Assembly (NCBI GenBank): GCA_965205085.1
Contig: OZ242039.1
Span: 357,911-421,910, forward strand
Direction: 5' to 3'
From: Bryobacterales bacterium
GTDB lineage: Bacteria > Acidobacteriota > Terriglobia > Bryobacterales > UBA6623
Length of the DNA: 64,000 nucleotides
The notes under the pieces are model-generated. The model ran no database searches. It was not told the origin of the DNA and worked only from the letters and a program-made list of their open reading frames with translations. Shown here one piece after another: positions 7,742 to 16,623 of this stretch (positions are counted from its first letter, which is position 1; the number at the start of each line of letters is the position of its first letter). The position numbers and the translations under genes are program-made.

Positions 7742-10700
7742 ATGCCATCGCCGATTGATCGCGTCCGGCTCCTCAAGGAGGCGCTTGCTGAGCGGATACT
7801 CGTTCTGGACGGGGCCACCGGCACCGCCCTGCAGCGAGCGGATCTGTCTGCTGCCGATTTCGGCGGTCCGGAACTGGAAGGGTGCAACGAGAACCTCAAC
7901 CTGACCCGGCCAGACGTGATCCGGAGGCTCCACGAGGAGTACTTCCGGGCGGGCGCTGACATCGTCGAGACCAACACCTTTGGTGCTACGGACATCGTGT
8001 TGGCCGAATACGGTCTTGAGGGCCAGGTGTCCAGAATCAATTCCGCCGCCGGGCGGCTTGCTCGTCAAGCCGCCGAAGCCCTGTCGACGCCAGCTAGGCC
8101 ACGGTTTGTTGCCGGAGCGATGGGCCCGTCGACCAAGTCCATCTCGGTTACCGGAGGGATTACCTACGAGCGCTTGATCGATGCGTACCGCTGGCAGGCT
8201 CGATCGATGAGTGAGTACGTGGACCTGCTGATTCTGGAGACTTGCCAGGACACGCGCAATGTCAAGGCCGCCCTGCTTGGAATCGACGAGGCGTTCCGCG
8301 AGATCGGGTTCAGGTTGCCCGTGATCATCTCCGGAACCATCGAGCCGATGGGCACCATGCTGGCGGGCCAGAACGCCGAGGCATTGGTCGTGTCTCTCGA
8401 GCATGTCGATGCCCTCGGTATCGGGCTGAACTGCGCTACCGGACCGGAGTTCATGACGGACCACCTGCGCACGATCCACGAGACAGCGGCGCCGATGGTG
8501 TCGTGCTATCCCAATGCCGGCCTGCCCGACGAGGACGGGAACTACGGCGAAACGCCGGAGTCGCTGGCCGGAGTGCTGGAGAGATTTGCACGCAACGGGT
8601 GGCTGAACATTGTTGGCGGTTGCTGCGGCACGACCCACGAGCACATTCAGGCCATAGCCCAGATGGCGGAGTCGTACGCCCCGCGACGGTACTGTCCGCC
8701 GAAGCGGACCAGGTTCAGTGGAATCGACGTGGCGGAGGTGGCCGACGATAACCGCCCGCTGCTGGTCGGAGAGCGGACGAACGTCGTGGGCTCCCGTCGA
8801 TTCAAGCGCCTGATCGACCGGGGGAAATACGAGCAGGCCGCAGAGATCGCGCGTGCACAGGTCAAGGGTGGTGCCCACATCATTGACATCAACCTGGAAA
8901 ATCCCGACCGTGACGAACTCGCCGACATCGGGGCCCTCTACGACCTGATCACACGCAAGGTCAGGGCTCCGATCATGATCGACTCAACGAGCCCGTCTGC
9001 CGTCGAACGGGCCCTGACCTATTGCCAGGGCAAGGCGATCGTCAATTCCATCAACTTCGAGGACGGCGAGGAGCGGTTCGACCGAGTCGTTCCGTTGTTG
9101 CTGCGCTACGGAGCCGCAGTGGTTGTCGGAACAATCGACGAGGATCCCGAGCAGGCCCAAGCCATCACCCGTGAGCGGAAGCTGGCGATCACCGAGCGCT
9201 CCCATGCGCTGTTAACCGGCCGCTGGAACTACCCGGAGGAGAACATTGTCGTCGACCCGCTGGTATTTCCGTGCGGAACAGGCGACGCCAACTACGTTGG
9301 AAGTGCCGTCGAGACTACCGAGGCTCTGCGCCTCATCAAGGAGCGACTGCCGAACGTCAAGACCATTCTCGGCATCAGCAACGTCAGCTTTGGACTGCCG
9401 CCGGCAGCTCGAGAAGTGGTGAACGCCGTGTTTCTGCACCAGGCCACGCGAGCGGGTCTGGACATTGCCATCGTCAACACCGAGCGTCTGCGACGGTATG
9501 CCTCGCTGTCTGCGCAAGAGCGGGAACTGGCGGAAGGGTTGCTCTACAACCTGCCGTGCGGAAGCATCGAGGCTCCCAGTGACTATCGCGAGCAGAGCGA
9601 CGAGGACCGCGTGGCGATCAACCACCTCCACATTGCACGCATCACGGACCACTTTCGGGGGAAGGGCGGTCGGCAACGTACCAGTACTGCCCAGATGCCA
9701 CTCGACGAGCGACTGGCCAACTATATCGTCGAGGGCACCAAGGAGGGCCTGTTCGCTGATCTGGAACGGAAGCTTGGGGCCGGGGTCGCCCCGCTTGACA
9801 TTGTGAATGGACCGTTGATGGCCGGGATGAAGGAGGTGGGACGACTGTTCAACGACAACCAACTGATCGTTGCCGAGGTGCTTCAGTCGGCGGAGTCCAT
9901 GAAGGCGGCAGTCGACTATCTTGAGCCGAGAATGGAGAAGTCCGCCGCCGCGAGGCGGGGTAGAGTGGTTCTTGCCACCGTCAAGGGTGATGTGCATGAC
10001 ATCGGCAAGAACCTGGTCGACATCATCTTCTCCAACAACGGCTACGATATCGTGAACCTGGGCATCAAGGTTGCGCCGGAAGCACTTGTGAAGGCTGCCC
10101 GGGAGTACACGCCAGACGTCATCGGCCTGTCCGGCCTTCTCGTCAAGAGCGCCCAGCAGATGGTCGTGACCGCTGAGGACCTGAGGCATGCTGGCGTGGA
10201 GGTTCCGCTGATCGTCGGAGGGGCGGCCCTGAGTGCGGGCTTTACCCGAAAGAGAATCGCGCCTGCCTACCGGGGTCTAACCTGCTACGCGAGGGACGCC
10301 ATGAGCGGGCTGTCCCTGCTTGACCGCATCATGGAGCCTGACGAAAGGCCCGCGCTGGCTGCCGAACACGCGCCGATATCGGCCGCAAGTGCCGAATCTG
10401 GCCGGACCGGCAGGAGCCCCAACTCGAAACGCAGCACGCGGGCTCGCTTGGACGTGCCGCCGCTACAGTGTCCCTATGCCGCCCGCAGGCAGGTCGATGT
10501 CCCGCACTTGCGGGATCTATGGCGCTACGTCAATCCCGCCATGCTCTATTCGCACCACCTTGGATTCCGCGGCAACTTCCAGAAAGCGGTGGCCTCACGG
10601 GTCGAGAAGGCCCTCTCGCTCAAGGCTGCTGTGGAAGAACTGATGGCTGAGGCTGAGGGTTTCATGGTGGTCCGGTCGGTGTGGCGGTTCCTCGAAGCGG

Positions 10701-11248
10701 AGGCTCACGGAAACGCCATCCGCCTCTACCAGCCCTCCGAAGGAACTCTTCTCCACGAGTTCACGTTCCCGCGACAGCGGCGGGCGGACGGACTCTGCCT
10801 GGCCGACTTCGTGGCGCGGCCGAACGGCTACCGGGATTCGCTGGCACTGATGTGCGTTACTGCAGGGGAAGGAATCCGGCAGCGTGCCGAAGCACTCAAG
10901 GATGCGGGCGAGTACTTCAAGGCCCACGCCCTGCAGGTCCTTGCGATCGAGACCGCCGAGGCATGCGCTGAATGGCTCCACCGCAGAATCCGGGAAGATT
11001 GGGGATTCGCCGATCCCGAAGGGATGCCGATGGCAGACCGGTTTCGGTCCAGGTATCGAGGCCGCCGGTACAGCTTCGGCTATGCGGCGTGTCCCGACCT
11101 TGAGAACCAGCAGGCCTTATTCGATCTGCTAAGGCCGGAAGGCATTGGCGTGAACCTGACCGAGGCGTTCATGATGGAGCCGGAAGCCAGTGTAAGCGCC
11201 CTGGTTTTCCAGCATCCGGATTGCGTGTACTTCGACGTCAACTCGTAA
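7742..11248 (+). CDS. metH: cobalamin-dependent methionine synthase
   Basis: 1168 aa with full MetH architecture. It has an N-terminal homocysteine-binding block (LVLDGATGT ... GGCCGTTHEHI), a pterin-binding region, a B12-binding D-x-H-x-x-G motif (GDVHDIGKNLV), and a C-terminal AdoMet activation domain. Confidence 0.97.
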   Translation: MPSPIDRVRLLKEALAERILVLDGATGTALQRADLSAADFGGPELEGCNENLNLTRPDVIRRLHEEYFRAGADIVETNTFGATDIVLAEYGLEGQVSRINSAAGRLARQAAEALSTPARPRFVAGAMGPSTKSISVTGGITYERLIDAYRWQARSMSEYVDLLILETCQDTRNVKAALLGIDEAFREIGFRLPVIISGTIEPMGTMLAGQNAEALVVSLEHVDALGIGLNCATGPEFMTDHLRTIHETAAPMVSCYPNAGLPDEDGNYGETPESLAGVLERFARNGWLNIVGGCCGTTHEHIQAIAQMAESYAPRRYCPPKRTRFSGIDVAEVADDNRPLLVGERTNVVGSRRFKRLIDRGKYEQAAEIARAQVKGGAHIIDINLENPDRDELADIGALYDLITRKVRAPIMIDSTSPSAVERALTYCQGKAIVNSINFEDGEERFDRVVPLLLRYGAAVVVGTIDEDPEQAQAITRERKLAITERSHALLTGRWNYPEENIVVDPLVFPCGTGDANYVGSAVETTEALRLIKERLPNVKTILGISNVSFGLPPAAREVVNAVFLHQATRAGLDIAIVNTERLRRYASLSAQERELAEGLLYNLPCGSIEAPSDYREQSDEDRVAINHLHIARITDHFRGKGGRQRTSTAQMPLDERLANYIVEGTKEGLFADLERKLGAGVAPLDIVNGPLMAGMKEVGRLFNDNQLIVAEVLQSAESMKAAVDYLEPRMEKSAAARRGRVVLATVKGDVHDIGKNLVDIIFSNNGYDIVNLGIKVAPEALVKAAREYTPDVIGLSGLLVKSAQQMVVTAEDLRHAGVEVPLIVGGAALSAGFTRKRIAPAYRGLTCYARDAMSGLSLLDRIMEPDERPALAAEHAPISAASAESGRTGRSPNSKRSTRARLDVPPLQCPYAARRQVDVPHLRDLWRYVNPAMLYSHHLGFRGNFQKAVASRVEKALSLKAAVEELMAEAEGFMVVRSVWRFLEAEAHGNAIRLYQPSEGTLLHEFTFPRQRRADGLCLADFVARPNGYRDSLALMCVTAGEGIRQRAEALKDAGEYFKAHALQVLAIETAEACAEWLHRRIREDWGFADPEGMPMADRFRSRYRGRRYSFGYAACPDLENQQALFDLLRPEGIGVNLTEAFMMEPEASVSALVFQHPDCVYFDVNS

Positions 11249-11374
11249 CGGACTCTGTCCGCTATCGAGGGCGCAGCATACCGCAGACCTTTCCCCGGCA
11301 GGAAGCCCGTCGAACAGATCGGCCGACTCTGGCCCACCTAACGTGATAAAGGGCATATAGCCGTGGCCGCCTTG

Positions 11375-12550
11375 CTATGACGGCGGAGGACTCCAGATCG
11401 TGGCCCCGATGTATCGCTCCGGACCAGACGCCTCGTCGGTGAAGTAGTACACCGCCACGACCTTGCCGTCGGGTCGCTGCACGGCCCGTACGTAGCCTAT
11501 GTCGCGGCTAGCTCCGTCGTCCCGAAGCGTGATGGGATCGCTCCATGTCCGGCCCATGTCGCTGCTAAGCGTGGCACGGATGCTGTATGGCTCCGCCCGG
11601 TAGCCGTACACAAGGCATATCCGGCCGTCCCGCAACCGAATCATCGCCGGTGGATTGCCGACTCCGGTGTCCGGCACGGCCTCGGCCAGATACTCCCAGT
11701 TTTTTCCATTGTCGCTCGACAGGTAGGATCCGATCCAGCGCTTGTCCGGGTCCCGCATTCGCACCGTTACAAGAATGTCTGTCTCGGACAGTCGGACCGA
11801 GGCGGGCATGATGGAGAACTCTTCGGGCTCCGGGCCGATCCAGGAAACGAGTTCCCATGTCTTGCCGGCGTCGGTCGTTCGAACGCAAAGGGGTCGACCC
11901 TCCCTCCCGTTCGATTTCGCCGCGGTGATGAACAGGGTACATGTTGCCGCCCCGTCGACGATGTAGTCCGTCCGGGGGGCGATTCCCGGAGAGTCGAATG
12001 CAGGGAGTCTGTAGGGGCCGTTCCACGAACGGCCCCGATCATACGAATAGAAGATGCGGCCGATGCCGGCGTGAATGCTGTTGGTGCGGACTGTCAGTGC
12101 GAAATCCGGATGGGTGAAGTCGATTCCGCCTTCACTGTCTCGCATCGGAGGTACCGTCACACCCGGTCGCGTTACACCATGCAGGTAGCCTCCCTCGGTG
12201 ATCAAATAGCCCTGGGCCCCGGGATCCTCGAGAGCCCAAGTCTCTCCGCCGTCGAGGCTTCTCGCCAGCATCGGGATCTCCGGCTTCTCGCGGTCGATGT
12301 GGTGGCTGAGGCCCTGGTCCTTGTAGTAACCCATCCCGAAACCGACCAGAATCTCGTCACCCCAACTCCAGATTCCGTGGTTTGCCGGCCAGCCCCCAAA
12401 CATCCCCTCTTCGAAGTACACCTTGAGATGGCGCGGAGGCTCAGGCACCGCACCAGCCCCGAAAGACTCCCCCGGGGGACCTGATGGTGAGCATGCGGAG
12501 CCGCTACCCAGGACGACGAGTGTCGCGATGATGGCAATTCTCTGATTCAT
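11375..12550 (-). CDS. BNR/Asp-box repeat protein (sialidase-like beta-propeller), probable lipoprotein
   Basis: Five S-x-D-x-G-x-(T/S)-W Asp-boxes: SLDGGETW, SYDRGRSW, TTDAGKTW, SSDNGKNW, SSDMGRTW. The start is placed at MNQRIAIIATLVVLGSGSAC (signal plus lipobox-like Cys). The track ORF extends 12 codons further upstream, to 12586. Confidence 0.85.
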   Translation of the reverse strand: MNQRIAIIATLVVLGSGSACSPSGPPGESFGAGAVPEPPRHLKVYFEEGMFGGWPANHGIWSWGDEILVGFGMGYYKDQGLSHHIDREKPEIPMLARSLDGGETWALEDPGAQGYLITEGGYLHGVTRPGVTVPPMRDSEGGIDFTHPDFALTVRTNSIHAGIGRIFYSYDRGRSWNGPYRLPAFDSPGIAPRTDYIVDGAATCTLFITAAKSNGREGRPLCVRTTDAGKTWELVSWIGPEPEEFSIMPASVRLSETDILVTVRMRDPDKRWIGSYLSSDNGKNWEYLAEAVPDTGVGNPPAMIRLRDGRICLVYGYRAEPYSIRATLSSDMGRTWSDPITLRDDGASRDIGYVRAVQRPDGKVVAVYYFTDEASGPERYIGATIWSPPPS

Positions 12551-12824
12551 TGGATCCTTCAGCTTTCCGCGGGAACCATGCAACACGCAGCAACACTGCG
12601 ATCAGTCCACAGCGGCTCGACGCCCGAATGATAGCGCATGTGGGGGCTTGCCACAGGCAGACGGACTCCGGGCGAGTGCTCCTGCGTCTCGTGGTCTGAC
12701 CCATGCGGTGTGGAACCCCTTCCAGATTCATGGGCGATCCAGCAACCTGCCAGTTTCCCAAGGGGTCGAGACCGGAGTTCCACCGAATCATCCTTGGATC
12801 GGGTGCCGGCTGTTGAATGTCACA

Positions 12825-13037
12825 TCATTCTGGCGGCAAGTCGTGAAACCCAGTGGGGTCGCTTCCCCACGTGCCGCTGATGCAACCATCTAGAGAAGCG
12901 CGAAGCCGCCGCACCACCCAATGCGCCGGCAGATTGTCCGGCCACTCGACGCCGGAACGCTTGTATGTCGGGTATGGCTTGCAGTCGTGGACGGCGATCC
13001 GATCCATGATGGCGTTGCTCTCACAGACCGAGTTCAT
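12825..13037 (-). pseudogene. hsdS: type I restriction-modification specificity subunit (HsdS) N-terminal fragment
   Basis: The 70-aa ORF contains YKRSGVEWPDNLPAHWVVRRLR, the typical HsdS N-terminus (Y-K-D-S-G-V-E-W-x-G-x-I-P-x-H-W-x-V-x-R-L). It is truncated after about 70 residues. Its ATG overlaps the hicA stop (ATGA, 13034-13037). Confidence 0.55.
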
Positions 13038-13267
13038 GGAGAAGCTCCTCGACAGTCATTCATATCGTGGTGCCGGGCAATGCTCTTGAGAATGCTCGAA
13101 AGCGTCTTGATCCTGATCGCAGCGTGCAGCGGGATTACCTCATGGTGCTCTCCATTGACCTGTGTCGTGACCCGCACATGCGAGCCTCGCTGTCTCGCGG
13201 CCAAGTAACCCAAGTGTCGAAGCGACGCTAGAAGCCTTGCGGCACTGACGTCGCGAGGCAGCTTCAT
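13034..13267 (-). CDS. hicA: HicA-family mRNA interferase toxin
   Basis: 77 aa. LLASLRHLGYLAARQRGSHVRV...IPLHAAIRIKTLSSILKSI matches the HicA/YcfA pattern (L-x-x-x-G-x-x-x-x-R-Q-x-G-S-H, P-x-H..I-x-x-G-T-L-x-x-I-L-K). Confidence 0.85.
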   Translation of the reverse strand: MKLPRDVSAARLLASLRHLGYLAARQRGSHVRVTTQVNGEHHEVIPLHAAIRIKTLSSILKSIARHHDMNDCRGASP

Positions 13268-13476
13268 GCTGCGAGAATCTCATCGCGCACGAAATGCAAA
13301 CGGATTAGTCTCGGGCGCGGCATCGTGCTGTCGAAGTAGCAGTCAACAGCCTCCTTGACGTTCCTGCGCAGCTCCTCGACGGAATCTCCCTGGGTGTGGA
13401 TGCCGTATCCAAGGGCGCTGGCTGAATAACCGCCGTCCACTTCGTCTTCGGCCACCTCAAAGATGATCTCGGTCAT
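13264..13476 (-). CDS. hicB: HicB-like antitoxin (UPF0150 family)
   Basis: Start placed at MTEIIFEVAEDEVDGGYSASALGYGIHTQGDSVEELRRNVKEAVDCYF, a typical HicB N-terminal fold sequence. Its stop overlaps the hicA ATG (ATGA, 13264-13267). The track ORF extends to 13581, but that extension reads through hsdM debris. Confidence 0.8.
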   Translation of the reverse strand: MTEIIFEVAEDEVDGGYSASALGYGIHTQGDSVEELRRNVKEAVDCYFDSTMPRPRLIRLHFVRDEILAA

Positions 13477-13479
13477 GGC

Positions 13480-14032
13480 ATTGTCTCCTCCACAGTGTAA
13501 CTGTCGGCAATCTCGGCCAGCAGTTCTGCCGTCTCCCTTCAGAGGGCCAGAATGTCGGCCCGAACTTCGTCCAGCGGGCACATCGGCTGAAGCTGATCTC
13601 GTAGCCGATCTTCACGCTCCCGGGCCGATACCTGGCATCAGGTACCCAAGGCAGCACCTCGCGCTGCAGGAATGCCTCGATTCCGCCGGTTTCCGTCAAC
13701 GGGATCTGCTCGTGCCGGTTGCACTAGGAACACTGCGCATTGCGTGGCGGGCTGAATCGCTTGTTGCCGAGAGATGCGTCCTTCCCTAGGGTTGGGTCCA
13801 TACGCGGGTTGCTTGGTCGGATCTACCGTGCCCCCATTCGGAAGACCATGCAGCGGCCCGCCATGGTCATCAGCATGGCCATGCTCGCACTGAGCGTGCT
13901 GGGACCGGAGACTGCCGCCACGATGTGATGCACCTGATTCTGACGATGATCCCTGACGGGGCCATCTGTCAGCGGACGGGGAGCATGGCCGTCCCGCCAT
14001 CGATTCCAAGCTGATCCTCCCCCGACACATTC
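13480..14032 (-). pseudogene. hsdM: type I R-M methyltransferase (HsdM) C-terminal remnant, frameshifted and cut by IS30
   Basis: GIEAFLQREVLPWVPDARYRPGSVKIGYEISFSR (13560-13690) is the conserved HsdM C-terminal block. The expected tail continues in other frames (QPMCPLDEVRADILAL*, RETAELLAEIA). Upstream fragments (GIDGGTAMLPV, VHHIVAAVSGP) resemble the GGRAA-V-V-P and LP-x-x-x-F regions in shifted frames. The left end of the IS30 element abuts at 14033. Confidence 0.5.
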
Positions 14033-15368
14033 CGCCGGTTGCACAAGGAAGCGCAACAGCGGGCGGAGGGGCCTAAGGTGCTGATTAGCCTATCCTAGAG
14101 GAGAAATCGCCATGCCTCAGCAGTTCCGCCACCTGCAATACGACGGGCGCTGCCAGATCCAGGCCTTGCACCAGCAGGGATTCTCGGTCACCGCCATCGC
14201 CGCTCAACTCCAGCGTCACAAGTCCACCGTCTGTCGCGAACTCCGGCGCAACGCCGGCCCCTCCGGCTATCACCATGACCAGGCCCAGCAACTCGCTCGA
14301 GACCGCCGCCACCGGGCCGTCACCGGCCCGCGCAAGCTCCAGCCAGCGATCTGGAACCTCATCTCTGACGGCCTCCAGAGCCACTGGAGCCCCGAGCAAG
14401 TGGCCGGCTACCTGAAGCGGGTCGGAGCGGTGTCGGTCAGCTTCTCGTGGCTCTACCAGCGGATTCGCCAGGACCGCGCCCAAGGCGGCTCACTCTACAC
14501 CTACCTGCGGCAGCGCGGCAAGCCGCGCCGCTGCAAGGCCACCCGGGGCAGCGCCGGCCGCGGCTGCATCCCGGGCCGCAGGGACATCAGCGAGCGCCCC
14601 GCAATTGTCGACACGAAGCAGCGCTGCGGGGACTGGGAGGCCGACACGATCATCGGCAAGGCCCATAAAGGAGCCGCTGTCACGCTCGTGGAACGGAAGT
14701 CGAAGTACCTGCTTGCTCAGACAGTTAGCCGGAAGACTGCCGCCCTGGTGGGTGACGCGATGCAGAACCTGCTGCGGCCCTTCGCGGCCTTGGTCCTGAC
14801 CGTGACCTGCGACAACGGGAAGGAGTTTGCCGGCCACCTCCAGACCGCCGAGGCGCTCGAGACCGACATCTTCTTTGCCCGGCCCTACCGCTCCTGCGAG
14901 CGGGGCCTCAATGAACACACCAACGGCCTCCTGCGCCAGTTCGTGCCCAAGACCGAGAACCTGCGCACACTCGACCCGCAACGGCTGCAGGAAGCCGTCA
15001 ATCGGCTCAACCACCGCCCCCGCAAGGTGCTTGGCTACCGCACTCCGTACGAGGTCTTCCGCGACGACTGTCTCGCGGCCGGCATCGACCCGCCACCCGC
15101 ACTCCCGGACCCCGTTCCTCTCTGATCGGGGCCGCAACGCGGCCCCTCCCCGACGCACTTCCCCCTCTCGAGCTGGCGGGCCCAGCCCGCCAGCGCCCCT
15201 GTGGTCCGGTCGCCTCTTCGGGCCAAATCCCGCTGCCACCCTCGCGTAACGGCCACCCCCGGAGCGTCACCTTGACAGATCAACGCGCTGGTCTTACTCT
15301 GGCAGTAGTTCAGCCACCTACTCCAAAGGCCTTATTCCCCGCTGTTGCGGTTCAATGTGCAATGGGCG
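14033..15368 (+). mobile_element. intact IS30-family insertion sequence (about 1.34 kb) with terminal inverted repeats and 3-bp TSD
   Basis: The left repeat cgccggttgcacaaggaagcgcaacagcggg (14033-) pairs with the reverse complement of the right repeat cgcccattgcacattgaaccgcaacagcgggg (ending at 15368). TTC is present on both flanks (14030-14032 and 15369-15371). The element contains a complete transposase ORF. Confidence 0.9.
14112..15125 (+). CDS. IS30-family transposase
   Basis: 337 aa. N-terminal HTH region (QGFSVTAIAAQLQRHKSTVCRELRRN) and a DDE core (GDWEADTI ... TCDNGKEF ... ERGLNEHTNGLLRQFVPK), typical of IS30. Confidence 0.95.
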   Translation: MPQQFRHLQYDGRCQIQALHQQGFSVTAIAAQLQRHKSTVCRELRRNAGPSGYHHDQAQQLARDRRHRAVTGPRKLQPAIWNLISDGLQSHWSPEQVAGYLKRVGAVSVSFSWLYQRIRQDRAQGGSLYTYLRQRGKPRRCKATRGSAGRGCIPGRRDISERPAIVDTKQRCGDWEADTIIGKAHKGAAVTLVERKSKYLLAQTVSRKTAALVGDAMQNLLRPFAALVLTVTCDNGKEFAGHLQTAEALETDIFFARPYRSCERGLNEHTNGLLRQFVPKTENLRTLDPQRLQEAVNRLNHRPRKVLGYRTPYEVFRDDCLAAGIDPPPALPDPVPL

Positions 15369-15610
15369 TTCTGATACCACAGGGCCTCTATCTAGACCGG
15401 CCTGTGCCGGGACTGTCCCACGCGATTCATCGCCAGGACGGCGAGGCGTCTGGAGGCCGGTGCGACCCGGCGACGGCACGGCCACAAGGCCCTTACACCG
15501 ATATCCGCGTGATCTGGAACGTGGCGGTCCGGACCATGGCGACCGATCGGGCGTTCGAGAAGTTACTGAAGTGTGCGCGAACGACATAATGGAGTCGGAA
15601 TCTGAGGGCA

Positions 15611-16510
15611 TTGACCATGCGACACCTTCTTCTCATCACTTTGATCTCCGCAAGCGGGGCCTTTCCGCAACCCCGGCAGACGAGTGCAGAGCCCGACCTG
15701 CCGGAGGGTGTCGAAGCTCGGTTGGACATTCCCTTTGCCGAAGAGAGCGCGGCACAGAAGCTGGACCTTTATCTGCCGGAGCGGGGCTCTCAGTCCTTGC
15801 GCCCTGCCATCGTTGTCGTTCACGGTGGCGGCTGGAGAGGCGGGGACAAGCGTCGCGGTCAATGGGCGACCATTCCAGCCGACTATGCCAGCGAGGGATA
15901 CGTTGCGGTCTCGGTGAACTATCGCCTCACCGACGAGGCACCATGGCCGGCGCAGCTTGAGGACGTGAAGGCAGCCGTGCGCTGGCTGCGGGCCCACAGC
16001 CTCGAGTATCGCGTTGATCCGGACCGGATCGGTGCCTACGGGAATTCAGCGGGTGCCCATCTGGTGTCGTTGCTGGGCCTCGTCCGTGAGTCCGATCAAC
16101 TCGAGGGGGCCGGTCCGCATCGCGACCAGTCCAGCTCGGTGCAGGCTGTCTGTGCATCGGCGACGCCGGCAGACTTCCTCAACTGGGGGGCTCCCGGCGT
16201 TCTGCCGTCACGCCTTTCCACGGCCTTCCTGGCTGGACCCGAAGATACGCTGAGGGACCGTGCGAGGCAGGCATCGCCGATCACCTACGTTCGGCAAGGG
16301 GCCCCTCCCTTTCTCCTGGTCCACGGCACTCTGGATCGCACCGTCCCTATCGAGCAGACCGAAAGGTTCGCGAGTGCGCTGCGAGATGCTGGCGCCCCGG
16401 AGGTTCGATACGTGATCTTTGACAGCGAGGGCCATGGGGTCTTTCAGAATCAACGCCTGCTCACCCACCCCATGATGAAGGCGTTCTTCGAGAACGCGCT
16501 GCAACGTTGA
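15611..16510 (+). CDS. secreted alpha/beta hydrolase (esterase/lipase-type)
   Basis: 299 aa with a signal-like N-terminus MTMRHLLLITLISASGAF. Contains HGGGW oxyanion block (VVVHGGGWRGGDK), nucleophile elbow GNSAGAHL (G-x-S-x-G), and late Asp/His (LVHGTLDRTVP, SEGHG). Confidence 0.9.
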   Translation: MTMRHLLLITLISASGAFPQPRQTSAEPDLPEGVEARLDIPFAEESAAQKLDLYLPERGSQSLRPAIVVVHGGGWRGGDKRRGQWATIPADYASEGYVAVSVNYRLTDEAPWPAQLEDVKAAVRWLRAHSLEYRVDPDRIGAYGNSAGAHLVSLLGLVRESDQLEGAGPHRDQSSSVQAVCASATPADFLNWGAPGVLPSRLSTAFLAGPEDTLRDRARQASPITYVRQGAPPFLLVHGTLDRTVPIEQTERFASALRDAGAPEVRYVIFDSEGHGVFQNQRLLTHPMMKAFFENALQR

Positions 16511-16623
16511 TGTGCCTGCACCCGGCTGCCGTTCCGGGCTTCGCCTGAGGCTTGGCAGTTTCGGGTTCCGTCTCTCTGCCGCCGTTCCCGTGGCCGACGC
16601 AGCTCGGCTGCTAGGATCGATGG

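Noticed and set aside
7571-8878. Long antisense or alternative-frame ORFs lie inside confident genes. Examples: 435 aa at 7571..8878(-) in metH, 398 aa at 18145..19341(-) in the tricorn gene, 386 aa at 25213..26373(+) in the ATPase, 596 aa at 53050..54840(-) in the TRAP permease, and 368 aa at 5237..6343(-) opposite the PRiA4-like gene.
   Set aside because: These are typical shadow ORFs of GC-rich DNA. They are Arg/Pro/Gly/Ala-dominated, carry no motifs, and each overlaps a gene with strong family signatures.
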